Below, piece after piece: positions 39,141-52,849 of a DNA stretch of 64,000 nucleotides. Each line of letters begins with the position of its first letter. Positions within the stretch are counted from its first letter, which is position 1. The DNA is from Octopus vulgaris (lineage: Eukaryota), in the NCBI GenBank assembly GCA_951406725.2, contig OX597822.1, positions 6,324,001 to 6,388,000 of the forward strand. Reading direction: 5' to 3'. Position numbers and translations under genes: made by a program. The notes under the pieces were generated by a model. That model ran no database searches. It was not told the DNA's origin and saw only the letters and a list, made by a program, of their open reading frames with translations.

Positions 39141-41468
39141 ATATTAAGAACGCTGCGGCGTCCCAGCATGGCCGCGGCCTTCGGGCTAAAACATTTTTAA
39201 AGATTCATAAGCGACTTCTGAAGCATTTGAACTCCTGTTAGGAGAGGATGTTCATAAATTATCTTTATATCTTCCACGATTTATTGTATCAATGTATTTG
39301 TGTGCAACAGATAGAACCCAGGTGAAGGTGTTCATAGAATTTTAATAAAAATGTGTCTACGTTTTCCGATAAATTGTTGTGAACGATTCTTATTTTACAT
39401 ATTTTTATGAATATTTCTTTATGAAGGTAATTTTGGGACGTTCAGTAAATTTATTTGTAGTTTTTACTATTGAAATATTGATATTCGATCGGTTGAGACT
39501 ATTTTGATTGCATATCCTGTAAAGCTTTTGTATGCCAGGAAATGGGTGTTTGTTTCATTGCTGATAGAATGAAATATGAAATATATATACATTTATGCAA
39601 AGAAATACTAAAAGAACAGAAGAAATAGACCAAAGAAAAATTTGGGTGTTTATGCTGTTATTCTTCTTTAACCTCAAATCATATATGTGGGAATCTGCGT
39701 GGCGTAGTGGCTTGGCTTTTGGGTTTACGATTCTTAGTTCATGAGCTCGATACACAAATTTGAACCGCGCGTTACATCCTTAGACGAGACTTTTCAATTC
39801 AGTTTGCTTCATTTCACAAAGATGAAAGTGAAAAGCGGCGACAATAGGTCTCCTATTCAGGTGCAAGTCTTGTACTTTCAATGGCATGGAATTCGGGATA
39901 AGGTCCGACCTGGGTCGGATGGCTCCTAACAGATTTTAACCGTTATTCAACGGTTATGATTAAGCAAGCCTATCATCAAGAAATATTCCATTCATGAACA
40001 GTCTTTCGTATGTATTCTGTACCGTATTGTTTAATATGTCTTTCCTTTAAGACGATAGGATGTTACTTGAGAGAAATACTGCGGTTGTTTCTAAGAAATA
40101 TAACTATCACGTAAAATTTCCGCTGTTGGTTTGTGTCTGTTTATCCCTTACGTTAGATCCAGAGTTAGAATAAACTGCTGATTACAGCTGTTGATCATAT
40201 TTAACCTCATCTGCTACTAGTAAGCCATGAGAGGTTATTTTCAACTATACTGAAGCTGCAGACACGAGAGAAGTATAAACCTAGGTCAGATAAGGGCACT
40301 CCATGATACTGCAAACTTACATTTTAAGTTAGTGCCTCTTGCTACCATGTCAAATGTATTCTCAAGTTCGTGCAGCACGCCAAGCCTCAGGGAAGCCGTC
40401 ATAGATGCTCCAGTTGGTTGTTAAGAGATGCATCGTGGCTAAATATTTTATATATGTCACAGTTTAAGTGTAACGGGGTACGTATTTCTAACAATTTGTC
40501 GGGTACTTAGAAAGTTCAACTACAATATACGATAAGAGAGAATCGATTTTGGTTTGGCAGCAGTTTCATTGCTGATAGAATGAAATATTTCACTCAAAAT
40601 TTCTTTCAACGCTTCCTAAATTTGTAAAAGAAAATGAATAAATAAATTAAAAATAATTGTATTATATAAAAAAACAGTGAATATATAAAATATTAAAAAT
40701 AATAAAAGAACAAAAAATCGAAGAAAAATTCGAGTGAACATTTCTCTCAAAGAGAAAAAAAACAGAAATTCAATTGATTTATTAAAATTACCAAAGACAA
40801 ACAAATATTTTGACAAGATAGGCCAATAATCTTTGTAAATGTCAGTTCTTTCATTCCAATTCTGACTGAGAAATTAAAATGGAAATTCTTGTAGAGCGGA
40901 TGATGTGGTATGTAGTCAGATGAGGGTGAATTCCAATATAAATTGTTGCTGCCAGCATAACGGTACACAGACTCCGTAACCTATTTTCCACATACTGAAT
41001 ACTCCCAACACAGATTGTGCACATTTCATTTGTCCCTAGGAAAACTAAAAGGTTAAATCGACTTGATAAGGGCAGATATAAACAGATGTAAAAGAAATTA
41101 CATAAACAAAAGAAAAAAAGTGAAATAAAAAATATGCAAGATCGATAGATAAACAGGGAAATAGGAAAAAACAACTACATTACGATGTAAAGACTATAAA
41201 CACAAATGAGAAAATAATAGAATGAGCAATTCGAACCGGATGACTTCTCGACGAGGCGAAAATTAAGCAGTATATATATATATATATCTTGTGTGTACAA
41301 ATAGATGTACGACTGTTACTATTATATTTAGAGCTCCACGTGGATTATAATATCTCAGTCTGATTCGGGTAAAGTTATTAAGTAAGTACATTATGTAGTA
41401 TTACTAGTTATGAAATACAGAGCTAATGTCGGAGAAATTAAGATAACCGCAAGAGCATATTATTATTA

Positions 41469-41552
41469 GTTCCTACGTACGTTTCAGCATTATGGTTGCT
41501 TGGATGTTCCGCGCTAAGTTGGATACTCATTCTGCATGGTTTATCAGGGAAC
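41469..41552 (-). ncRNA. Degenerate hammerhead motif
   Basis: Minus strand guucc CUGAUAA ... GAAA cguacg UA ggaac; perfect stem I, palindromic ACGUACGU, G8->A. Confidence 0.65.
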
Positions 41553-41999
41553 ACTTTATTATAGAAAATATATACAAACTAACAAGGAACGTTGACCTAC
41601 AAAATAGTAACATTGAAATCAACCTCACATATAAGGCTACAAGCTTAAAAAAGGTATTTCAAATAATGTGATTCTGTACTTCTGTGGTTGTACTCCCATG
41701 ACGGGATGATCACGGCTGAAATGCTGTTCAACTTGTTTGGGCAACCTGAGTTGGCAAATATATGTGTTCTACGTTGACGACAACAATATGACGTACATAC
41801 ATACATTCTTCGATTCCTCCATCCATCAATCCGTCCATCCATACATATGTGTGTGTCTGTGTGCGTGTTTATGTATTTATGTATGACCAAAATTTCGAGA
41901 GTGGGAAGGGCACGTCCATCTCATCACCGCCTACCATCTGATGAAATAGATTTGTCCTTACGAAACATTAATTCATATCGAAATGAGTCAAATTATTAT

Positions 42000-42031
<32 letters not shown>

Positions 42032-42065
42032 TGTATGTATGTATGTATGTATGTATGCATGTATG

Positions 42066-42119
<54 letters not shown>

Positions 42120-42120
<1 letters not shown>

Positions 42121-42685
42121 CTGTCAGGTCACTTTCGAGTGCTACTGTTAACATGTAACCCAGTACAACCTGTTGCATGGTCAGGTCGTCAGCGACTAAA
42201 CCGGCAACCCCAACAAGCAAGCTTGGTGAGGAGAGTATTTATTGGACACCCTGCGGGATGAAAAGCAAAACCCGGCAAAGGGTGGAGGAACTCTTGAGAG
42301 TCAACGGCCATCCAATAAATGTCTTAAGGCTGTATCATGTGCGGGGACATAAAAATACTCGGACTGAATACCCGATCGCGCGTTTAAACCATTGGGATTG
42401 AAGGACTCCTAGCCTTTGTTAGGGCATCCTTCTAGGAGAAGGTAACTCAGGCAACTGGGATAACTCCGACATAAAATCTGCGGCTCAGTGGTTACCGATG
42501 ATGTTGACTTGTTCTTCTTTTCGGATTATGGCTGCTGTTGCTTAGTGAGTGGGATTGACTCTGTGCACAGCCTTTCTCCACTTTAAAAACAATCTTCTTG
42601 CACAGGCATTGCACAGGCATTGCACGATAACAATATTGATTAAGCTTCGCACAATAGCCATACTCGATAACGAGGGAGCAGCCAC
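42120..42685 (+). mobile_element. Family E element (RTE 5'-region-like), longer copy
   Basis: 3' part matches 25458-25766; lies between (TA)n tracts. Confidence 0.6.
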
Positions 42686-43181
42686 CATATATATATATAT
42701 ATATATATATATACACGTTGATGATGACGGCTGTCCACTCGTGAACACCATCAGTGAACATTGCCCTGACAAAATACCTGCAATGTTCACGTATGAAGTT
42801 ATTGCATCAGCTCTCATCTTCCCTCGGGTTCGACTTCGCAACTGCCATACTCGCCGCGGTGTCCTACTACGTGGCCTGGTACCGAATAGTCGCCTCACCG
42901 GTGATTGTACAACGTAAAACTTTAGATCCAATAAGACTTGCATAACATCTCACTGACCCTCTACACCCTAATGATATGATCCAGAGACAAGCAGGGGTAA
43001 GAGATCCACATCAATACCGGACGCAAGCTCAGGATTTTTGAAACGCCATGATGACAAGCGCAAGCAAAAGTACCTCAAAATGTTCAATCCTATTTCTTAC
43101 ATATATAGTGTTATGCTTTTGGAAGAGCTAAGGGGTGCCTTACTCCCATTGGTCTCCCAGCACGCTGGAACCTAACTCAGA

Positions 43182-43394
<213 letters not shown>

Positions 43395-43839
43395 GTGTAT
43401 GTGTGCGCATGTAAATATATGCGCGCGCATACAAACTTGTACTTTACACTTTCTTTTAAATATTTGACGACGGTTTAGCAATAGCAAAATAAAATAGAAA
43501 GAAATACAAATAAATTGATAGACAAATATATTTAGAGAAAGGGAATAGAAGCAAATGCCTGGTCATCTATTGTGAATAAATGAAAGCAACGACTTCGACC
43601 ATACGTAACAACATCAGCAGCCAAGACGGAGTTCCGGCGGTGAATCGCAATATTTTCTGCCTATACTACATCTACTGAGCGCATAAAACTTCGGAAGTGA
43701 CGGCATTTTGTTTGTTACAAATGTCTCGCATTTCAACGGTTTCAATAAAACGTTCGCCGTTCGTGCATTCAAGAAGTTTCCTCGTCAGAAATCAATGATT
43801 CCGTAACAATTTGACATGTGACACAGCCTCATGTCTACC

Positions 43840-44390
43840 TATTTCTTTACTACCCACAAGGGGCTAAACACAGAGGGGACAAACAAGGACAGACAAACGG
43901 ATGAAGTCGATTATATCGACCCCAGTGCGTAACTGGTACTTATTTAATCGACCCCGAAAGGATGAAAGGCAAAGTCGACCTCGGCGGAATTTGAACTCAG
44001 AACGTAACGGCAGACGAAATACCTATTTCTTTACTACCCACAAGGGGCTAAATACAGAGATGATAAACAAGGACAGACAAACGGATGAAGTCGATTATAT
44101 CGACCCCAGTGCGTAACTGGTACTTATTTAATCGACCCCGAAAGGATGAAAGAAAGCAAAGTCGACCTCGACGGAATTTAAACTCAGAACGTAACGGCAG
44201 ACGAAATACCTATTTCTTTACTACCCACAAGGGGCTAAATACAGAGATGATAAACTAGGACAAACAAACGGATTAAGTCGATTATGTCGACCCCAGTGCG
44301 TAACTGGTACTTATTTAATCGATCCCGAAAGGATGAAAGGCAAAGTCGACCGCGGCGGAATTTGAACTCAGAACGTAACCGCAGACAAAA
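43840..44390 (-). mobile_element. Trimer of 5'-truncated SINE B units within one 19-bp TSD
   Basis: Units ~43838-44021, 44022-44208, 44209-44390; ACACAGCCTCATGTCTACC at 43821-43839 and 44391-44409. Confidence 0.9.
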
Positions 44391-45191
44391 ACACAGCCTC
44401 ATGTCTACCGTGGAAGTAGTTGTGTCTCTCCGTTGCAGAGGTATGGAACACCCTAACCGCTTGAACGGGACTATTTGACTCCAGTTTTGTCAATAACCTG
44501 CTACGAATTATTTATCTGCAAGGCCAAAGTGAGAGACAAGTACAAGCATTTTTTAAAGTGAGAAATAACACACTGTGTATATACGCAAATAAATTTATCT
44601 ATGTCATTTGGTAGTTGGGGTGTTTCCGTCACAATAGCAAGTTCGTGGTTTCGGTTTCTAGAGCGGGTGGTGCGATGTATTCTTGAGAAAGGCATTATTA
44701 TTTCACGCGGCTACCATTTGCTTCACTGAAAACGAATACCCTGCCTCAGCTGGTGTAACCACCTTTGCCTTCAGGTTTCACTACCTCGGAGTTCGTCTGT
44801 GTCAAAGGTGAGAGATTTGAGAGGGTGTTTATATTTGCTCGCAACTGCATAGGAATATAGAACAATTAACAAAAACGTAGTACAATTCCCAGGTCAGACT
44901 TTTTACGGCAACTGATTGCCGGTGGAAAAGCTTATACTTAGGTACATACATACATACATGCATACATACATACATACATGCATACATACATACATATCTG
45001 CGTGTGTATGTGTAGGCGGGTGTGTGTGTGTGTGTGTGCATGTATCTATGTGAGAATGTCAGTGTGCAACGAACGTGGTGTTGTGTTTCGTCCCAATACG
45101 CCGCACACCGCCTATAGTCGCAGCCCATCTGATGCCATTGGAATTAACTTGGTCAATTTAAAATGTGCAGAAACCTATTGTATATACATAT

Positions 45192-45299
<108 letters not shown>

Positions 45300-45325
45300 T
45301 TTATTTAGCAGAAAATTCAACAAAA

Positions 45326-45364
45326 TCTGTTACTTGAGTTTCCCGTTGCCGTTCATCGGACAGT
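45326..45364 (-). ncRNA. Hammerhead motif, CCGAUGA variant (left arm of inverted pair)
   Basis: Minus strand cugu CCGAUGA acggcaacgg GAAA cucaag UA acag. Confidence 0.6.
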
Positions 45365-45379
45365 TTATGCTAGAAAAAA

Positions 45380-45418
45380 TTGTCCGATGAACGGCAACGG
45401 GAAACTCAGAGTAACAGG
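45380..45418 (+). ncRNA. Hammerhead motif, CCGAUGA variant (right arm of inverted pair)
   Basis: uugu CCGAUGA a cg(gcaa)cg g GAAA cucagag UA acag; GUA triplet at 45411-45413. Confidence 0.65.
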
Positions 45419-45597
45419 TTTTGTTGAATTTTCTGTTGCTTTAAATAAAGCATATTACTCTACCTACCACTGGTATTTGAGTACTCTTTTTTCCACCTTG
45501 TTTCACATTATATATTTACTCCGGTATATATATATATATATAAATAATATATTTATACCACGGTGTAATTGATAATTTTTCCAAATTAATAATTTCA

Positions 45598-45635
<38 letters not shown>

Positions 45636-46598
45636 ATCAACACTATCGTCATTATTTAACACCTGCCTTCTATGCTTTGACATGGCATGCAATGATCCGG
45701 AGGATTGCATTGACTTTTTATGTCTGCATAGGCATGGTTTCTCCTACAGGGTTTCCTTCCTCATGCTTACCATTATATGAAGTGTACTGGATGCTTTTTA
45801 CGTGACATAATAACAATATTAAGGTCATCATAATGCTTGCAAATCAAGGAAACAGAAATGCACTCAGTAGAATTGGGGTTTAGTGATTGGATGGTGCCTT
45901 TATGCCAGGTTCTGTAAGGCTAAAGTGTAATAGAGGTATAGGCACAGTAGTCTTGCTATATAAAAGATACAACGCTACCACGCTTTATATAAGACTGGGT
46001 GGTAGCAACTGGGACGAACATAAAGAGGTTGGTGGTGAGGTATCAGAGCGTACTTACAAAATGTATGATCAAAGGACCAAATCTCGTTTTTGAGCCATAG
46101 GTTCATAAGGATGGTTGCCTGGATTCCTTGGCGTATATAGTTTACTCCTTGACTGAGTGTCGGTCCATCGCAGGTGAGTACACTGAAGCAACGTGAAAAA
46201 CGATTTGCTCATCGTCTGCCCAGGAATTGTAAACAAAATCTTACGATAATGAGTGCAAAACCTAACCAGTAAGCCATGCGCCTCCTGCAATGTGCCAGAA
46301 AGTGAGTATAAGAGAGAATACGGACTGAGAATCATCAAGGGGAGTAGTTAAGTTCAGAGGAGTACGAGAGGAGAATGACAAATGGTTAGGGATAGGGTTA
46401 GCGGTTAATGTTGTGATTGGTATAAAACTGTGGATGTGTGGTCAGTGGTATGTATCAGTATTGGGGAAGGTAAAAGAAATATCTTAACAATGAGATGATT
46501 AGTGGCAGCATAGGAAGTGTGGAAAGGAGCAGTATAATAAATTTCTAGATTTGATCAGAAAACAGGGAGGTCAGTGTGGTGTGGTAGGGTGGAGAGAA

Positions 46599-46629
<31 letters not shown>

Positions 46630-46735
46630 TGATGTAGAGAGTCAGAGATGGCGGTCATAAATACATAGTGATGACTTCAGTAGGTGGGGGAGACTGGTAG
46701 ACGGGGTTGCGACTGATAGCACCTTCTCATATCTG

Positions 46736-46966
46736 TTTCTTTATTGCCCACGAGGGGCTAAACATAGAGGGGACAAACAAGGACGGACAAACGGATTAAG
46801 TCGATTACATCGACCCCAGTGCGTATCTGGTACTTAATTTATCGACCCCGAAAGAATGAAAGGCAAAGTCGACCTCGGCGGAATTTGAACTCAGAACGCA
46901 GCGACAGACGCAATACCGCTAAGCATTTCGCCCGGTGTGCTAACGTTTCTGCCAGCTCGCCGCCTT
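46736..46966 (-). mobile_element. SINE family B, full length with long tail, flanked by ~127-bp direct repeats
   Basis: Starts AAGGCGGCGAGCTGGCAGAAACGTTAGC, B-box GAGTTCAAATTCC; flanks 46595-46735 and 46967-47093 are duplicated. Confidence 0.9.
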
Positions 46967-47654
46967 AGAAAGAGAGGAGGGAGAGAGTGATGTAGAGAGT
47001 CAGAGATGGCGGTCATAAATACATAGTAATGACTTCAGTAGGTGGAGGAGACTGGTAGATGGGGTTGCGACTGATAGCACCTTCTCATATCTGCTACCCA
47101 CGCCCCTACATAGCTGTGACAACGTGTGTCTGACAGTGAATGTTGTGCTTGGTAACAGTTGTTGGCTTCTATTGATCAACGCTATGTTGATGGAGGCAAA
47201 TTTCAATAAATCAGTTTACGATTTATTGAAATACCGCCTACATTTCTGTTTAAGTGTGAAATACTTTTGGACTTGTACTGTGAACGATTTCATTGCACGT
47301 TAGAGATTTATAAGCGCGTTCTTCACAAAACAGCATAAAATTTATTTTGTATGATAATCATCTACGGATTGTGAAACAGATTTACTTCTATAAGGATTCT
47401 TCAATATATCTACATTTGGATTGCCTTCCACGTTGTATATAACTCTGATATTTCTGATATCTTGGATATTTTTGTATTGGATATGTTAGATAATTACTGC
47501 CTGATTCTGAAAAGGTACATACATACCTACAACCATACATACATGCCTATACACATACATATGCATATATACATACATATATACATACATATGTACGTAC
47601 ATACATATATTCATACACACACGTATATATATAAATATGTATGTATTTGTATAT

Positions 47655-47726
<72 letters not shown>

Positions 47727-47769
47727 TATAAAATAACAAGGATTTAAAATATGCATGAGCACTCTCATA

Positions 47770-48800
47770 CAATCTAGATCTGGCTAACCATATTAAATGA
47801 CATTCAGAATAGTTGAAGATAAGCAATTAAACTGTGCTTAATTCGACAGGTAAATCCTGTGTTTCCTGAATTTGCTTCATTGGATTCCACGTAAACTACA
47901 TAATTTAGATATAATTTAGACATGCTTCAGCCGAAAACTGGCCTAGACCATATCTAACTTAGTGGCACAGCTTGATGGGGTCTGTAAAGTCGTTTTCAAG
48001 CCAGGTTTTGTGGTATCATAGATCATTAAAGTAGGGAGTTATTTTTAACTGAAATCTATCCTGGTATAAGTGGGTCATTTTGTATCACCTGAAAGAATTT
48101 GTCCAGGATTTGTCTGAAGGTGATGAGATCTTTATGTTCTTTGATCAGTTTCTTTTTATAATGATAAAAAGAGTAGGGTCTGTTGTGGAAAAGAAATTGT
48201 GTTTCAATGAAGTTATGTGTTGTGTAGTTGGGGTATGGCACGTGACCCCAGTTATGGATGAATTCCTCAATCTGATGAGAATTTCGTCTGGGCAATGCTG
48301 GTGGTGTATCCTCCGCAATTGAGCAAATGATGTCGCACCTGAGGCTGCGATGGAAAGAATAAAGTTTCAATATTTTATGGTGGTTCCAATCAGGATCAGC
48401 CACGCCTTTTATTTTTCTTTTAGTGATTGCTCTCTTTATAATTGCTCTCTTTGTGATTGCTCTCTTTATAATCCATTTCATTCCATAACTTGTTTCTGCT
48501 TTCATTCCCTTATTCTGCTTTCATTCCATTATTCTGCTTTCATTCCATTATTCTGCTTTCATTCCATTACTTGTTAGGACATATCCTAATGTCCTTTGAT
48601 ATAATAGGTACGTGCATTTTCTTTATTCGAAGTGTTATCGATACAGGTGGGTAAAGCAAACTGAGGATTCAAGCTTTAGATATACGCTATTAAAGTATAC
48701 TTTTGGTGAGGGAACATAAAATAAGGACATAGGAGTTTCTGGCATCATTTAAACCGAGAATGGTCCTTTTAGACATTATGGGAAGAGATCAGTTTATCAT
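47770..48800 (-). mobile_element. Highly degenerate Penelope-like fragment (thumb/linker/EN start)
   Basis: FRQILDKFFQVIQNDP resembles the PLE IL.KHW.ILQ.DP motif; IKHS.NCLSS-like stretch downstream. Confidence 0.35.
48423..48570. repeat. Minisatellites (15-bp x3 and 19-bp x4)
   Basis: ATTGCTCTCTTTRTR and TTCTGCTTTCATTCCATTA units. Confidence 0.85.
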
Positions 48801-51800
48801 ACTTAGTTGTAGAAGTTACCATAAGAGGTTCCGTATATCTTCACACAACTGACTGCTTATATTAAAGATAATATAATATAAGGTAAACTGATAGATATAA
48901 AAGAAGACGAAACTAATAGGAAATAAATATTGTTTCACTCGCGTAATTTAACTTGTCCATGGCAATAGAATTTGATATATTTTGTAATATCAGATGTCCA
49001 ATATTAGTTCAATTGAATAAAGGAAAGTAAAGCTCCAACATTATTTTCCTTTAGCAGAAAAGAAAACAATAGCATTGTGAGGTTATTTAATCTTTTGCAG
49101 TAGTAAACTAGTGTAAATTATTCAAAATTTATATTAAATCTATAAGTATTTATTTAATAATGTTAACTTACGTGTCATTCTGTTTAAGTGATTTCAAATT
49201 AAGATTACTTACTTGGAAAATATTAAAAAAAACCTTTTTTGTATGAATGTACAGATTTTAATTTTAATTCATTTCTAGCGTTTAATAACTTGCCTTTCGA
49301 TTTAATGATGTGGGATATTTCTTCCAAATAAGACCATATTTCCGACTCACATAAAGATATAGTGACGCACTACCAACAATCGACCATCTAATGTCATATT
49401 TAGTGTCCCTATCTTTTAAAGCCCAAATGAATCCACTCAAACTTGTACAGTTGACGTTTTCATTCCTCTCTTAAAGTCTGTAACCCATGAACTAATATAA
49501 TAACTAGAAATACATTCAGCTGTTACTCTATGTTTATATACGGTATAAGCTTTGAGACATATTCCTGCAAGAGACACACGGCTTTGTTTTTACAGCTACA
49601 ATTACGTTTATTATCAAATTTATGCCTATTACTTGCAAATGTATTATATATTTCTGTCTAGAGTATTAGGTATTACTCTATGGATATTGGTTTCGTAATA
49701 GTTAAATTAAGTGTTGTATTGGATTGCCTGCTCAGCTCTTATTGCATTATATTCTGGTTTTTCATTTTGCGTTATCCCTTCTGTATGTAATCTACTTTAA
49801 GAGAAAGATGGAGAGAATCGTAGTGTGTGAGTGAGAGAGAGAGGGGGAGAGAGGAAACAGTGAGCGGTGAAGAGAGAGTGAGACAGGCTGAAAAATAGGG
49901 AACGACAGAATGAAAGGGAGAACGGAAATCTGATGTGAGTGTGTGCGTGAATGAATGATAGTGTGTGTGTGTGTTCGTGTGTGTGTGTGTGTGTGTTGCG
50001 TTTTCAGTAATATAGAGGGTAAGAAAATTGATAATACTGATTTGAAGACAATGTATTTCAGTTAGGGAGACTCACTGAAGCTGTTGGAAATAGAAACTAA
50101 ATCTCCCTCAAATCACGAGTCACCGTTATTGTATAATGCTGTTCTGTACATAGGAAAAGGCAGGCTGGTCGCGGCTGGAATATCTTTCATCATCGATCAA
50201 TATCGTCTTTGATCATTAGGATGTCTTTGATCATTAGAATATCTTTGATCATAAATCTATTCAAACAGGCATGACCTGGGACCAAACTACAGCAACCACA
50301 CGAAGAACAAAAACAATTACCGTATTATTTCAATTGTCGTGGGAGCCCCAAATCCAAGCAGGGATTTAGGAAATTCTGTACTATGTTAGCTCATTGCAGG
50401 ATGATACAGATCGGTGCTAGAATAAATCTCATTAAACTACTGATGTATAAACAGTGTTTCGTTTCGATACAATACTATACCATATAAAATGTTTATAAAC
50501 TGTTTAACCAGCACTGTGTGTTGTGACGATTATAAACAGTTCGGCTGTTCAATATGTCGGTGTGTATATAAATGTGGAAGGGCTGCATATTCAATATATC
50601 ATGCTTCTGTTTCCTCTATTCTGTTTGCACACTTATTGTGTTCTACATACGAATTGTTTACAATCGTCGCATCACACTGCATTGTCTAAAAAAAGGGGGA
50701 AAGCCTACGAATATGGCTTGCAGCAATCCATCTTATTTTATCGACTCCAGAAGGTTTAAAGATAAAGATGGCGTCGACAGTATTTAAACTGAAAACAAAA
50801 GAGCCGGAACGCAGGCATAACATAACAAGTATAGGTGGGGGTTAGTCGATTTTATTGACACCAAATTGCGAAAAGTTGGCATTGGTGGTATTTGAACTCA
50901 GAACGTAAAGAACCCGAAAAAATATGGTGAGACAGTTTGTTCGACACCCTAAAGACTTTGACATTAATAGCCATGTTCAAAAGAGTATTAGTTTTTTTTT
51001 ATATATAAACTAGAAAACCCCTTAAATTTAACCGAATGGTGTATCTATATCAGCCTCAGTACTTGACATGTACATTATTTTTTCGGCCTAAGATGTTAAT
51101 AAATTCCAAGTGGACTTGAACTCAGAACAAAGAAAACGTAACTAAATAGTGCACCACGAGGAATTTGGTTCGACACTGTAGCTCTTACCAATTCATAGCT
51201 ATTAGTATTATAACATTACTATTGGCAGATTGTGCAATTTGAACACAAAAAAAATCTAGCGACAAAATATTGAAGACGAATAGGCACAAGAAATTATCAG
51301 TAAATAAGCAAGGGAAATAATCATTACACTACTTTGATGTCGCCGAAGATGGAAAATAATTAAGCAGAGAAGTCTATAGCTTCTAGATTCCGTCATGATG
51401 AAAGTCTCAAGTGAATCATAAAAGTTTACCTAGTGACCAAGTTCAAACGGGTTGGTGAATTATCGAATATAATTACTAGATATGTATAATGATGTTATGT
51501 CAGTAAGAGTGGAAAGAGTAAAAGTAGAGCATAAGGTTTGTTAGTATGATGTGAGACGAAATATTCAGCGCTTGGAGAAATGTTTTTCTGAGGAGAGTGA
51601 GAAAATATGACAAAACTGCTGCGATTAAAGTAATTTTAGATGTTATATCAGAAGATAAAAATAAAGTGATACAGGAAGGAAGAAGTGTGGAGATGTGAGG
51701 AAACACAGGAATATAAAGATATATTGAGACGCATTTAAAATTAAATATTGTAATTATGAGGATCTTACAAAACAAAGCAAGGAGAAGGGACCTGCAAACT

Positions 51801-52849
51801 GTCAGTGTGAAATACGTATTTTTTTTATTTTACTTGTTTCAGTCATTTGACTACGGCCATGCTGGGCCACTGCCTTGAAGAATTTTTAGTTGAATGAATC
51901 GATGAATCGGTGGAGACTCTAAGGGGCAACAAAACTACGATGCCGGGACATGCGCACGTTACTCGGTTCTGAGGACTTTCCAGCAACACTTCCGGGAATA
52001 TTTTTTGTAGGGGAAACTTCGGTCGACGTTTGCATTGGACTTCAGTTCGTACCTGGACACTCTGCTGCAGAAAATCCGATAACAGGCGTCAAACACAGAA
52101 GGTTTTAGGCGGTTATACAGGTAGCAAATTAACGGTTTCGAACTTCTGCCCTATGAATTCTACGAGTTCATGTCAGATAGTTTTTGTGGTTTCTTGGTAT
52201 ACATCTACCATACATGGCAGCAGAACAGGATAATTCCTACGCCAGCTCACCTCATTTGTGATAATAAATGCCTCGATGCAGTACCAGGCAGTGGATCCCA
52301 TGGCTTTTAATCTTAACTGATTAGAAGTGTTATGTACATTGTTTTGTCTTTGTATAAAAGATGGGCTACAGCAAATATTCTGTTTGATACCACAGAATTG
52401 CTTGTCAGCTGCTTCTCCTTAACCGGTTACGCATGACACTTATTGGCTGATGATATGTGTATCACTCATCATGAGCAGAAGTAGTCGGGGAGTATCATAA
52501 CCATGTGTTGAGAGGAATTCTTTGGGGCTTGAATAATTAACCTCTTGAAACATGGGTGTTCATCACCCTTAAACAAACCTTATTCAGGGACATTTTAAGC
52601 AGGATGAGTTACTCGATCTGAAGGAAATTGTAACTGGGACCCACCTGCGAGGTTTATCTCGATATAAAATGACTATGTCGCGTACATATGGTTGTGATAT
52701 ATCCTAATAAGTCGGTAGTCATGATGGCTATATTGCACTTCGTATAATTGTACCCCGGTGTCAATTTGATGGCAGGCGCTGCTCTCTCACTCAATAATAA
52801 TAATAAGAAGAAGAACAAACAATAACAACAACAATAATGATTACTACAA

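Noticed and set aside
39150-39195. HDV-like ribozyme look-alike (UUCG hairpin followed by CUAA)
   Set aside because: P2 cannot form; folds as two simple hairpins matching the SINE A tail
39250-39540. Possible GIY-YIG relic on the minus strand (FIGK..F..EH)
   Set aside because: Too degraded to support without a profile search
42121-42210. Possible HDV-like fold at the 5' end of family E
   Set aside because: P2/P3/P4-like pieces exist but there is no P1 and the spacing is far too long
43838-44390. CRISPR-like or satellite array
   Set aside because: Units are whole SINE bodies with no unique spacers; eukaryotic context, no cas genes
52255-52810. ~550-bp segment ending in (AAT)n, possibly Dong/R4-related
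   Set aside because: No ORF motif or second copy in the window; family cannot be supported from sequence alone
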